DNA of 57,505 nucleotides. Origin: a bacterium (lineage in GTDB: Bacteria; Armatimonadota; Chthonomonadetes; Chthonomonadales; CAJBBX01). The stretch covers positions 1 to 57,505 of the forward strand of contig VFKD01000043.1 in the NCBI GenBank assembly GCA_009885735.1, written 5' to 3'. The translations under genes and the position numbers were made by a program. Below, one piece after another: positions 1 to 9,328 of the stretch. How positions within the stretch are numbered: position 1 is the stretch's first letter; the number at the start of each line of letters is the position of its first letter. The notes under the pieces are model-generated. The model was not told where the DNA came from. It worked only from the letters and a program-made list of their open reading frames with translations, and ran no database searches.

Positions 1-82
1 CAGCAGGCAACACACTTCCTTCAAGGTTGGAGGACAAGATGCGCGCCGACATTCCCGATCAGACAGTGATGGCGTGGGAAGG

Positions 83-514
83 TCAGGCGAGAGGAGGCGC
101 GCGAAGGCCGAGAGGCAAAACAGAGAGAGACTTGCAGGGCGGGCCGCGAGTCTCTACGTGGAGGATCGGCGTGGCGACCAGGGCGAATTGCGCAAAGGTA
201 AAGACGTGCGGTACCAGGACATCGACCGTGCCGACGTCAGTCCTGGATGCGACACGCGCAGCGCTCGAGTCTTGTGCGCTCGCCGTCATGACACACCCGC
301 ACTCGGCCGAACACATGCCGGTTCCGTTCGTCGGGGCGTCGGCATCCGCGCAGCGCTCATCACGGCTGCCGGATGGATCGTTGCAACAGCAGTAGAGCAG
401 CGTGACTCCGCACTGCCTGCCCTCGCAGAACCATGCTGCCCCTGCACCGGCAGGAACGAGAGCTATTGACACCATCAGGACTGAAAGCAGTCTCAGTCTT
501 ATGAGCGATTGCAT
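83..514 (-). CDS. Cys-rich secreted hypothetical protein (start taken at an internal Met of ORF 83..661)
   Basis: The internal start MQSLIRLRLLSVLMVSIALVPAGAGA looks like a signal peptide. It is followed by clustered Cys (WFCEGRQCG, CCC, CSAECGC). CATAAT lies 9 nt upstream of the ATG at 514. The C-terminal half is low complexity, so the 3' extent is doubtful. Confidence 0.3.
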   Translation of the reverse strand: MQSLIRLRLLSVLMVSIALVPAGAGAAWFCEGRQCGVTLLYCCCNDPSGSRDERCADADAPTNGTGMCSAECGCVMTASAQDSSAARVASRTDVGTVDVLVPHVFTFAQFALVATPILHVETRGPPCKSLSVLPLGLRAPPLA

Positions 515-669
515 GTTGAAGACATTATGGCATATTCGTCGCCAGCCCGGAGTCGCTCGAAGGGCTGCACAGGCCTTCCCGTGGCACCTCGCTGTGCTAC
601 AATTCACCAGATACGGACCACGCAGGACCTGCACTACCGCATCCAAGGTGCGATTTCCCAAGGTACTCC

Positions 670-2271
670 ATGAAACGCTGGCTCATCGCTCTTATTCCTA
701 TATTCGGCCTGGGCGCTCTGGTGAGCTGGCGCCTTCAGCTCGTGGCAGCGGACACTGCTGCCAAGGAGAAGGTGAAGAGCGAGCGAGGCAAGACGGCCCC
801 GCTAGTCTCCGTCACCCCGGCGGTAGTTCGGGACTACTCCCGAACGTACACTGCCATCGGAACCATTGAATCTCCTCACATTGTCCCCATCGCCTCGAAA
901 GTGTCCGGCAGGCTGATGTTCCTGACCGCTCGCGAGGGCGACCGCGTGACCACAGGCCAGCTACTCGCGCGCATTGATGCATCCGAGGTTGACGCGGATG
1001 TTCGCCGCGAGAAGGCCGCTCTCGCAGAGGCGCGATCGCGCCTTGCACAGGCACAGCTTACACAAGGTTCCACGGACGTAGGGATCGACAGTCAGATCCG
1101 CCAGCGCGAGGCGGCCGTGACAAGCGCGAACGCTGACATGGTTCAAGCTCAAGAGACCAATGTGGGCGAATTGGAAGAGGCCGCGGCCGCAGTTCGCGAC
1201 GTCATTGGCCGGATTCAAAGCGCTGAAGCCGGAATCTCAAGCGCTCAGGCGGATATCCGCAGCGCTCAGGCAAACCTGGAGAACGCTCAGGTGAAGCTTG
1301 GCCGTGTGCAGGCGCTCTTCAACCAGGGCTTTATCGCCGCTCAGGACGTGGACGACGCGCGCACTACCGTGAGCGTTCACAAGAGCACCGTGGATGCCGT
1401 CATGAGCAAGCGCAACTCCGCCCAGGCCCAACGGGCCTCCGCGGAGGCGCAGAAGGTTTCAGCCGAGCGACGCGTGGATGTGGTGCGGTCGCGAGGCAAG
1501 GCGAATATTGAGGCGGCTCGGGCCAAGGTTGCCGAGGCCAAGGCCGCCCTTGATGTGGCCCAGGCGAACGTGTCGCAGCGGCCCGCCTATCGAGCCGGCA
1601 TTGCTGCGCTTTCGGCAAACGTGGCTGCGTCGCATGCTGCGGTCCTGCAGGCGGAGGCGCGCCGCTCCGAGACAGAGCTGAGATCGCCCTTGGACGGCTT
1701 CGTCACCGCACGCACGCTCGACCCCGGCGCAATGGCATCTCCCGGTCAACCGATCCTCACGGTTCAAGCGCTAAGTCAAGTCTGGATGACCGCATCGGTG
1801 CCCGAGGACGTATCGCGCAAAGTTACGGTCGGAATGCCGGCAGAGATTGAACTGGACGGCCTGCCCGAGAAACGAATATCCGGCCACGTCGTGCAGGTAA
1901 ATCCCTCGGCGGACGTGCTAAGCCGGCAGTTCACCATTCGCGTGGGGCTGTCGAACGCAGGCGCCGCCATTAAGCCAGGAATGTTTGGCCGCGTACACCT
2001 CGTAGTTGAGCGCATCCTGGGCGCCGTGATGATTCCTCGCGAGGCGGTGAAGGACACGCTTGCAGGCAGGACTGTGACAGTGGTGGGCGTAGACGGAAAG
2101 GCGGAGATACGACAGGTTGTGATTGGCGCGTCGGACCCAACCGGTTACGTGGTGCAGTCCGGCCTCGCCGGGGGCGAGAATGTGATTGTCATGAGCGCAG
2201 GCGCAATCAAGGACGGCGCCAACGTCCGTGTAAATGCCGCAAAGCCTGCGACCGTGCAGAAGGAGAAGTGA
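670..2271 (+). CDS. RND efflux periplasmic adaptor (HlyD/MFP family)
   Basis: 533 aa with an N-terminal membrane anchor, a long Ala/Gln-rich coiled-coil hairpin (SAQADIRSAQANLENAQVKL) and a C-terminal beta-barrel region. It sits immediately upstream of an RND permease. Confidence 0.9.
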   Translation: MKRWLIALIPIFGLGALVSWRLQLVAADTAAKEKVKSERGKTAPLVSVTPAVVRDYSRTYTAIGTIESPHIVPIASKVSGRLMFLTAREGDRVTTGQLLARIDASEVDADVRREKAALAEARSRLAQAQLTQGSTDVGIDSQIRQREAAVTSANADMVQAQETNVGELEEAAAAVRDVIGRIQSAEAGISSAQADIRSAQANLENAQVKLGRVQALFNQGFIAAQDVDDARTTVSVHKSTVDAVMSKRNSAQAQRASAEAQKVSAERRVDVVRSRGKANIEAARAKVAEAKAALDVAQANVSQRPAYRAGIAALSANVAASHAAVLQAEARRSETELRSPLDGFVTARTLDPGAMASPGQPILTVQALSQVWMTASVPEDVSRKVTVGMPAEIELDGLPEKRISGHVVQVNPSADVLSRQFTIRVGLSNAGAAIKPGMFGRVHLVVERILGAVMIPREAVKDTLAGRTVTVVGVDGKAEIRQVVIGASDPTGYVVQSGLAGGENVIVMSAGAIKDGANVRVNAAKPATVQKEK

Positions 2272-2278
2272 TAGTCAA

Positions 2279-5200
2279 ATGAACATCGCACGCTTCTCTG
2301 TTACGCGGCCTGTGGCGGTCACCATGCGCATCGCCGCACTGGTGCTGCTCGGGGCAATCTGCCTAACTCGCCTGCCGGTTGATCTTCTTCCCAAGATCAC
2401 TCTGCCCACCATCGTGGTGCAAACCACCTGGCCAAACGTAGGGCCAGAGGAAATGGAGGCGGTCATTACACGGCCTGTCGAGAGGGCCGTCTCGTCGGTT
2501 CCAAACCTCTATCAGGTGACCTCGAACACTTCCGAGGGCCAATCCTTCGTCCGCATCCAGCTGGCGTGGGGAACCGACGTGGGCCAGGGCGCGGCAGACG
2601 TTTTGCAGCTCGTGCAGCGAGCACGGAGGGAGTTCCCGAACGACCCGACCCTACAGTCTCCCGTAGTCTTCAAGTTCGACCCATCGCAGATGCCGGTACT
2701 CACCTACGGCGTATCCGGGATGACGGACTCAGTCAAGCTGCGGATGCTGCTCGATAACCAGGTCGCGCCCATCCTCGAGTCTGCAGACGGCGTAGCCTCG
2801 GTGAGCATCTCCGGCGGACAGACGCGCGCGATAATGGTGGAGGTGGACCCTGCGAAGCTGCGCGCACACAGTCTCTCGCTGAGCGAGGTCTCGAGGCGAA
2901 TTGCCCAGGAGAACTTGAACCTTCCTGCCGGCATTGCGAAGCAGAGCGACACCGAATTCACCATTCGCAGCCTGGGCCTCTTCACGTCTGTGGACGAGAT
3001 TGCCAAAGTACCCATTGGACAAAACCGCGGCAGGATCGTCACTATCGGAGACGTTGCAACGGTTCGCGACGGCGCTCCGGAGCGCAGGATATTCACTAGG
3101 CTCAATGGCGAGCCTGCAGTCGCCATCGTAATCTCGAAACAGAGCGGCGCCAACACGGTTTCGACCGTCGAGGCTGTCCAGAAGCGACTGCTGAAGGTTA
3201 ACGAGCTGTTCCCTCAGCTCTCATTTGGTCTGGCGCAGAACCAGGCGCAATACATCGCCAATTCCATCGACAATCTGAAGCATCACGCCCTCCTTGGCGG
3301 CATCCTGGCGATCCTCATTCTGCTGTTCTTCCTCCGCAATCTTCGCAGCACGTTCGTGGTGGCTCTTTCGATACCGATCTCGATTATCTCAACCTTTAGC
3401 CTGCTGTACATCTGCGGCTTCTCGCTGAACGTCATGTCGCTCGGCGGGCTCGCGCTGGCCACCGGGCTCATCGTGGACGACGCCGTGGTGGTGCTGGAGA
3501 ACATCTTCAGGCACATTGAACGGGACAAGAAGCGCGCGGCTGAGGCGGCCGTCTCGGGCACCAACGAGATCATGGGCGCGGTGCTGGCCTCCACGTTTAC
3601 GGTGATGGTGGTCTTCCTGCCTCTGCTGCTCATCAAGGGGCAGGCGGGCCAGATGTTCACCCAGTTCGCCCTGGTGGTTATCTTCTCAATCCTCGTGTCG
3701 CTTCTGGATGCAGCGACCGTGGTGCCGATGCTTGCCTCCAGGATGATACAAGGCGATGCGCACCACGAGGACATTGAGGACGGACACAAGCGTGGAATTC
3801 GTGAGAGAATGTTTCACCGCTTCGGCCAGTGGTTCGACAGCATGGACGAGTCGTACCGTAACGGGCTTCGGTGGGCGCTTCGGCACAGATATGCGATTAT
3901 TGGCGGCGCTGCCACGCTGACTGCGGCGACCTTCCTCATGGCGCCGTATGTGGGTACCGAACTGATGCCGCAGACGGACGGCGGAGAGTTCTCGATCAAC
4001 ATCAAGCTGCCTCCAGGCACTGCTTTGGCGACCACGAACAAGACGATTCTCGAGATTGAAACTCTGGTGCTCAAGAACCCGAATGTCGAAACTACTTTCG
4101 CCTCCGCTGGTGGAAGCATGCGGTTTCGCGCCTCTGTTGGGTCTCCCAAGTCGAACGAAGGCACTGTGATCGCGAAGCTGAAGCAGGACAGGAAGCAGGG
4201 CACGGCGGCCGTGATGGCTGATCTCAAGAAGGACCTTGCCAAGCTTGCAGGCGTTCGCGCCTCTCCAATGCTTTCGGACATTGTGGCCGGAATGATCTCC
4301 GGCGGGCCGGCCGGAGTGGAGTTCAACATTTTCGGCAACGACCTGCCCACACTCGCTCGCCTCGGTCAAGATGCCCTGGCCCGAGTGCGCAACATTCCGG
4401 GCTACGAGAATCCAGACACCAACTGGCAGGAGGCCACCCCGGAGCTTCGGTGGAACGTGGACCGCGAGAAGGCCGCGCAGTTCAATTTGAGCTTCCAAGA
4501 CGTTGCCAGCGCCATCGGCACGGCCACGAACGGGTCCGTGGCCAGCTACTTCCAGGATGCTGGGTTTCAGTATCCTATCATTGTTCAGTTTCCAGCATCT
4601 GAACGCAAGAGCGTGGAAAGCCTTGCAAGCCTGCCTGTGAGAACGGCATTCGCGGGTCGTCCAGGAGGCGACAGATCGCCGGACATCCTTCTCGGGCAGA
4701 TTGCCAAGCCGAACTTCGGCATAGGCCCCAGCGAGATTACTCGCCAGGACAGGCAGCGGTTCATCTCGGTCGGCGGTCAGGCTCTAGGGCGATCAGAGGG
4801 TGAAATACAGAAGGACATCGGCAAGGCCCTCAAGGACATGCTGCTCCCTCCCGGCTACTACTGGGACTGGGGAACGCGACTAAAGAACCAGGCTGAGGAG
4901 TCGTCCGGCATGTGGCTCGCAGTGGGGCTCGCCATCTGCCTTATCTATATGCTGCTAGCCTCCCAGTTCGAGTCGTTTGTTCACCCGCTTACGGTTCTGC
5001 TCTCGGTGCCTCTCTCCGCAGTCGGAGTGGTGCTGGCGTTCTTCCTGACTGGGCGAACCTTCGGCATGACCGCCTACATTGGGGTCCTGATGCTGGTGGG
5101 AATCGTAGTCAAAAACGGCATCCTGCTGGTGGATTACACGAACGTGCTGCGCGGACGCGGAATGGCTCGCGACGAGGCCGTTATCACCGCTGGTCCGACC

Positions 5201-5488
5201 CGGCTTAGGCCGATCTTGATGACTACGCTCGCCACAATCGCCGGCATGCTGCCTATCGCAATCGGGTACGGCCAGGGCTCGGAGACGCAGGCGCCGATGG
5301 CCACGGCGGTTATAGGCGGTCTCATTACGTCCACCATGCTTACCCTTTTTGTTATTCCTACCGTCTATACCATGTTCGACGACCTGGGGAGGTTCCTTCA
5401 GAAGGACAAGCGCGACTTGACGCGAGCGCTGCTGGTGGAGCCCTCCCCGGAGGCGGTTGAGCGCGAACCGGTGGGACCCGTGGCTTGA
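2279..5488 (+). CDS. RND efflux permease (AcrB/HAE family)
   Basis: The start MNIARFSVTRPVAVTM is a typical RND N-terminus. The product is about 1070 aa with 12-TM architecture and two large periplasmic loops. AGGAGAAG lies upstream of the ATG at 2279. The ORF-track start at 2234 overlaps the adaptor gene and is probably too far upstream. Confidence 0.93.
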   Translation: MNIARFSVTRPVAVTMRIAALVLLGAICLTRLPVDLLPKITLPTIVVQTTWPNVGPEEMEAVITRPVERAVSSVPNLYQVTSNTSEGQSFVRIQLAWGTDVGQGAADVLQLVQRARREFPNDPTLQSPVVFKFDPSQMPVLTYGVSGMTDSVKLRMLLDNQVAPILESADGVASVSISGGQTRAIMVEVDPAKLRAHSLSLSEVSRRIAQENLNLPAGIAKQSDTEFTIRSLGLFTSVDEIAKVPIGQNRGRIVTIGDVATVRDGAPERRIFTRLNGEPAVAIVISKQSGANTVSTVEAVQKRLLKVNELFPQLSFGLAQNQAQYIANSIDNLKHHALLGGILAILILLFFLRNLRSTFVVALSIPISIISTFSLLYICGFSLNVMSLGGLALATGLIVDDAVVVLENIFRHIERDKKRAAEAAVSGTNEIMGAVLASTFTVMVVFLPLLLIKGQAGQMFTQFALVVIFSILVSLLDAATVVPMLASRMIQGDAHHEDIEDGHKRGIRERMFHRFGQWFDSMDESYRNGLRWALRHRYAIIGGAATLTAATFLMAPYVGTELMPQTDGGEFSINIKLPPGTALATTNKTILEIETLVLKNPNVETTFASAGGSMRFRASVGSPKSNEGTVIAKLKQDRKQGTAAVMADLKKDLAKLAGVRASPMLSDIVAGMISGGPAGVEFNIFGNDLPTLARLGQDALARVRNIPGYENPDTNWQEATPELRWNVDREKAAQFNLSFQDVASAIGTATNGSVASYFQDAGFQYPIIVQFPASERKSVESLASLPVRTAFAGRPGGDRSPDILLGQIAKPNFGIGPSEITRQDRQRFISVGGQALGRSEGEIQKDIGKALKDMLLPPGYYWDWGTRLKNQAEESSGMWLAVGLAICLIYMLLASQFESFVHPLTVLLSVPLSAVGVVLAFFLTGRTFGMTAYIGVLMLVGIVVKNGILLVDYTNVLRGRGMARDEAVITAGPTRLRPILMTTLATIAGMLPIAIGYGQGSETQAPMATAVIGGLITSTMLTLFVIPTVYTMFDDLGRFLQKDKRDLTRALLVEPSPEAVEREPVGPVA

Positions 5489-6909
5489 AACGATCGGCGT
5501 TACAGGTCTTTGTCCTTGGCGCCTCGCTCGCGGTCTCCATTCGGGCCGATTCGCAGGCGCCAACTGCGACGCAGCAGCCTGCGGTCGAGCCGGTCATCAA
5601 GGCGAGTCCCCTGCCGCCACTTGTGAAGCTTCCTGTGCCGCCGACCGCTCAGGATGCCGCTCCCAAACGACCCGTCACCGCAGCCGAAGCGGCGCGAACC
5701 GCGCTTCTGCTTCAGCCGGACCTCATCGCAGCGCGTGCAAGCGTCTCTATGGCGCAGGGCCGAACGAGGCAGAGTCGTTCCGGGCTCCTGCCGCAGCTTG
5801 GGGTAGGCGCCGCCTACACTCACACCGAGAGCATTCGCTCGGGCGGGAGCTCAAGTGGAGGGACCGGAGGCACCGGAGGAGGATCGTTCGTCACCGTTCC
5901 CGGCTACCAGATCTCCACGAACCTGCAGCAGCTTCTGTTCGACTTTGGCCGCACTCGCAGCCTGGTGAAACAGTCCGAGGACCTGGAGCGGGCGGCCCAC
6001 GCGAATCTTAAGCGAGTCCAGTCTGACCTCGTGTATGACGTCAAGCTGGCCTTCTATTCACTTGTTCAAGACCTACGGCTCGTGGAGGTTAACGAGGCGA
6101 ACGTCCGGAGCCAAGACGCGCAACTCGCCCTCGCCCGTGCCCGTTTGGACGAGAAGGTGGGGCTTCCCCTGGACGTGGTTCGGGCTCAAACGGCCGTCTC
6201 CGAAGCAATACTGAACCTAACGCTTGCCCGGAACAACGCCTCGATCTCGCGGACGCGGCTGGCGACCATCATGGGCCTAGATGCGAGAACTCCCATCGAA
6301 ACGGCAGACAGCGCCGAGCCGGCTCCCAGAAGCGACGACGTAAACGAGATGGCGACGGAAGCGCTGGCACAACGACCCGAGGCTATGCTGGCGGCAGCGG
6401 AGCTTTCGGCTGCGGAGAAGGGGCTCGCCGCTGCACGTCACACAAACTCCCCGAGCTTGGCCGCGAATCTGGGGCTCTCCGCACGAGGCAACTCGGTTCC
6501 TCCGACGAGCATCAACGCAAGCATCGGCGCATCTATTTCGTGGAGTCCGGTCGATTCCGGCTTCACCCAGGGCCGCGTGCAGGAGGCAAAGGCTCTGGTC
6601 GATTCTGCGCGAGCCGCCGCTGCTCAGGTCCGCCTGACTATCGTTGAGGAGGTTTCGACGGCCTACCTGAACCTGCGCACCGCCGAACAGCGCACCGTCA
6701 CAACCGAAGCCCAGGTAACCAGCGCGCAGGAAGCGGTTCGCCTCGCGGAGGGGCGCTATCGCGCAGGGCTCGGCACTTTCCTGGACGTGATCGACACGCA
6801 GTCTGCCCTCCTTGCTGCCCGCACGAGCCGGGTGAATGCTGTAACCTCTATTGAGTTGGCCCGGGCCGCGCTCGCAAGGGCTGAAGGTGGGAGGGTACCA
6901 CGTGCATAG
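5485..6909 (+). CDS. TolC-family outer membrane efflux protein
   Basis: A TTG start overlaps the RND stop (TTGA). It has a signal peptide and duplicated alpha-helical repeats typical of OMF proteins (LDVVRAQTAVSEA..., FLDVIDTQSALLAAR). Confidence 0.9.
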   Translation: MKRSALQVFVLGASLAVSIRADSQAPTATQQPAVEPVIKASPLPPLVKLPVPPTAQDAAPKRPVTAAEAARTALLLQPDLIAARASVSMAQGRTRQSRSGLLPQLGVGAAYTHTESIRSGGSSSGGTGGTGGGSFVTVPGYQISTNLQQLLFDFGRTRSLVKQSEDLERAAHANLKRVQSDLVYDVKLAFYSLVQDLRLVEVNEANVRSQDAQLALARARLDEKVGLPLDVVRAQTAVSEAILNLTLARNNASISRTRLATIMGLDARTPIETADSAEPAPRSDDVNEMATEALAQRPEAMLAAAELSAAEKGLAAARHTNSPSLAANLGLSARGNSVPPTSINASIGASISWSPVDSGFTQGRVQEAKALVDSARAAAAQVRLTIVEEVSTAYLNLRTAEQRTVTTEAQVTSAQEAVRLAEGRYRAGLGTFLDVIDTQSALLAARTSRVNAVTSIELARAALARAEGGRVPRA

Positions 6910-7146
6910 GAACACTTGGTGCTAACTGACGCTACCAACCTTGCCAGTCCGATGCAAGAACTGCCTGCCCTGCCCAGATTGAAATGTCCTAGTGTTTGTT
7001 TTGCCCATGGGCCAATGAGACAAAGTGAGGTTCAATCAATCTGAGAGTCGTGGGCTCGATTGGCTATGGTCGCGCGGTGCTACATGTGGTGAGAATGCAC
7101 TTAACTCTACCGTTGCCGCTCACAGGTCCTCCATCGCCCCTGCACT

Positions 7147-7175
7147 TTCACACAAAAGCATTTTCCTGCTATAAT
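7147..7175 (+). promoter_or_regulatory. Sigma70-like promoter positioned for a leaderless vapB mRNA
   Basis: TTCACA (7147..7152), a 17-nt spacer and TATAAT (7170..7175). The ATG at 7182 lies 6 nt after the -10 box, and no Shine-Dalgarno sequence is possible. Confidence 0.45.
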
Positions 7176-7181
7176 GTTTTC

Positions 7182-7448
7182 ATGCGAACCACGATTGACG
7201 TACCGGATGACCTCATGCGGCGTGCCAAGGCTACTGCCGCGATGAACGGGCTCAAGCTCAAGGACCTCGTTGCACGATACATTGAGCGCGGCCTGCAAGA
7301 GGGCTTCTCCTCTTCGAATGGGTCGGAACTTCGACCGAAACGATATCTTCCCGCTGCGGTGCGACAAGGTACTGGAACCCCAATTCCCTATCTATCGAAT
7401 GCCGAGCTCTACGCAATACTTGACGAAGAAGATGCCGCAAGTGGGTGA
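7182..7448 (+). CDS. vapB: Type II antitoxin, VapB-like (MRTTIDVPDDL-type)
   Basis: The N-terminus MRTTIDVPDDLMRRAKATAA is characteristic of small antitoxins paired with PIN toxins. The gene overlaps the downstream PIN gene. Confidence 0.8.
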   Translation: MRTTIDVPDDLMRRAKATAAMNGLKLKDLVARYIERGLQEGFSSSNGSELRPKRYLPAAVRQGTGTPIPYLSNAELYAILDEEDAASG

Positions 7449-7872
7449 CCTGCTTGATGTCAACGTATGGCTCGCGCTTTCAGACACGGACCACGCGCAT
7501 CATGTTCCAGCCAGCCGATATTGGGAGGCCGACACTGCCGAGAATGTGGCGTTCTGCCGTGTAACGATGCTTGGTTTGCTTCGCCTAGTGACAAACCAGC
7601 GGTCAATGGCCGGCCGCCCCTTCACGATTACGCGGGCCTGGCAACTGTATAAAGGATTCCTTGCGGAGCCGGGAGTTCGGCTAACCGGCGATCCTGACGG
7701 AGTAGAGGAGCAATTGGAGGCAATTTCCAACGGTGCGAGCTTTTCGAACAAGCACTGGACCGACTGCTACCTCGCTGCGTTCGCCCTGTGTGCCGGAATG
7801 AGAATTGTGACCTTCGACCGTGACTTTGAGCGCTTTCCCGATCTCGACCTCCTTCTTCTTAAGCAGGAATAG
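7432..7872 (+). CDS. vapC: Type II toxin, VapC (PIN domain)
   Basis: LLDVNVWLAL (first PIN acidic residue) and C-terminal IVTFDRDFERF. The ATG at 7432 overlaps the antitoxin by 17 nt. An alternative GTG start lies at 7441. Confidence 0.85.
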   Translation: MPQVGDLLDVNVWLALSDTDHAHHVPASRYWEADTAENVAFCRVTMLGLLRLVTNQRSMAGRPFTITRAWQLYKGFLAEPGVRLTGDPDGVEEQLEAISNGASFSNKHWTDCYLAAFALCAGMRIVTFDRDFERFPDLDLLLLKQE

Positions 7873-7930
7873 GCCCCTTCATGAGATCTACATCCCACCT
7901 GCGGACAGCCGCAGCCAAGCGAGGTGATGG

Positions 7931-9328
7931 TTGATCTCAAACTGTGCAGCGCTCCTGGTAATGGCAGCCCTAAGCGGTGCCATACAGGGAATCAGTCCAT
8001 CTGGGCCTAATCGCAATCCAGACCCACCACTCGTCATCACCCACTGCACTCTCTTCGACTCCCTCTCAGGCCGCATGCTGCCGGACCGAACTGTATTGGT
8101 CCGAGGAGAGCGCATCGCAGCCGTTGCTGGTCCAGGAGACCGCCTCCGTGTTCCTTCAAACGCTCGCCGCATAGACGGGCGCGGCAAATACCTCATTCCT
8201 GGGCTGATAGACGCGCACGTCCACCTTGTCCACGTCCTGGACTTTGCCCACGTGACCGGCGACGAGGTGCTCCCGCTCTATATCGCGGCGGGAGTCACGA
8301 GCATACGGAGTACGGGCGATGAACTCGTGGCCGCCACACTGGTTGCCCGGTTTGCGGACTCACACCCGTCCAAGAGTCCCCGCGTGTTTACGTGCAGCCC
8401 GCTTCTGGACGGCGATCCTCCCATTCACAAGGACGTGGGCCGCGCGGTGAACAGCCCCTCTGACGTGCCGCCACTCTTCGACGACCTTGTAAGCTGGAAG
8501 GTTCGAACAGTAAAGATCTATGCAGGGACCCGAAGGGAGGTTGGGAAAGCGATCATCAACGAGGCGCATCGCCGCGGGCTTTTCGTCACCGCACACCTCG
8601 GCGCGTATTCGGCACAGGACGCGGTGGAGGACGGCGTGGATGGTCTGGAGCACATCTGGTCCGTCTTCAACTACATCATTCCCACGGATGTATCGGGACA
8701 GCCGGGTCATCGCGGACGGCTGGACCTTGGGAATCCGCTCAGCGAAGCGCTCGTTGCAAAGCTGGCCGCGCGCAAGACCTACGTGAACCCCACACTGGTG
8801 GTGTTTCGGAACATGATTCTGCTGCCGGACGTGCCGGAGGTGCGAGACTCGTCGGACTACAAGCATGTTCCGCAGCGACTCAGGGACTTCTGGCCCGTCT
8901 ATTTGAAGCAGACCGGCTGCCCACAAGGCGGACCGCTAGACGACCGCCGAAGGGAGTTCGCGAAGTACCAGGAGCTGACCGGCAAGCTCTATCGCGCAGG
9001 CGTGCCTCTTCTGGTGGGAACAGATTCGCCTGAACCGAACGTGGCACCTGGACTCTCGATGCACACCGAGATGGAGCTGCTAGTTGAGTCTGGACTACCA
9101 CCCGCAGCGGTGCTGCAAGCCGCCACCCTCACGAACGCCACTATTCTCCGTGAGGACAAGCGGCTCGGTTCTGTCACCGTCGGCAAGCTGGCCGACATGG
9201 TCCTTCTCTCCGCGAACCCGCTGAAGGACATTCGCAACACCAGGAAGATCGAACTCGTGGTGCTCGGCGGGCGAATGCGCGCGCCTACGGCGCTCCCAGC
9301 AGCTCGGATCGGCAGTCCGCGACACTGA
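7931..9328 (+). CDS. Amidohydrolase-family metal-dependent hydrolase (secreted)
   Basis: Signal-like N-terminus and a GLIDAHVHL metal-binding motif. About 465 aa with a C-terminal composite beta domain (GKLADMVLLSANPL). Confidence 0.85.
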   Translation: MISNCAALLVMAALSGAIQGISPSGPNRNPDPPLVITHCTLFDSLSGRMLPDRTVLVRGERIAAVAGPGDRLRVPSNARRIDGRGKYLIPGLIDAHVHLVHVLDFAHVTGDEVLPLYIAAGVTSIRSTGDELVAATLVARFADSHPSKSPRVFTCSPLLDGDPPIHKDVGRAVNSPSDVPPLFDDLVSWKVRTVKIYAGTRREVGKAIINEAHRRGLFVTAHLGAYSAQDAVEDGVDGLEHIWSVFNYIIPTDVSGQPGHRGRLDLGNPLSEALVAKLAARKTYVNPTLVVFRNMILLPDVPEVRDSSDYKHVPQRLRDFWPVYLKQTGCPQGGPLDDRRREFAKYQELTGKLYRAGVPLLVGTDSPEPNVAPGLSMHTEMELLVESGLPPAAVLQAATLTNATILREDKRLGSVTVGKLADMVLLSANPLKDIRNTRKIELVVLGGRMRAPTALPAARIGSPRH

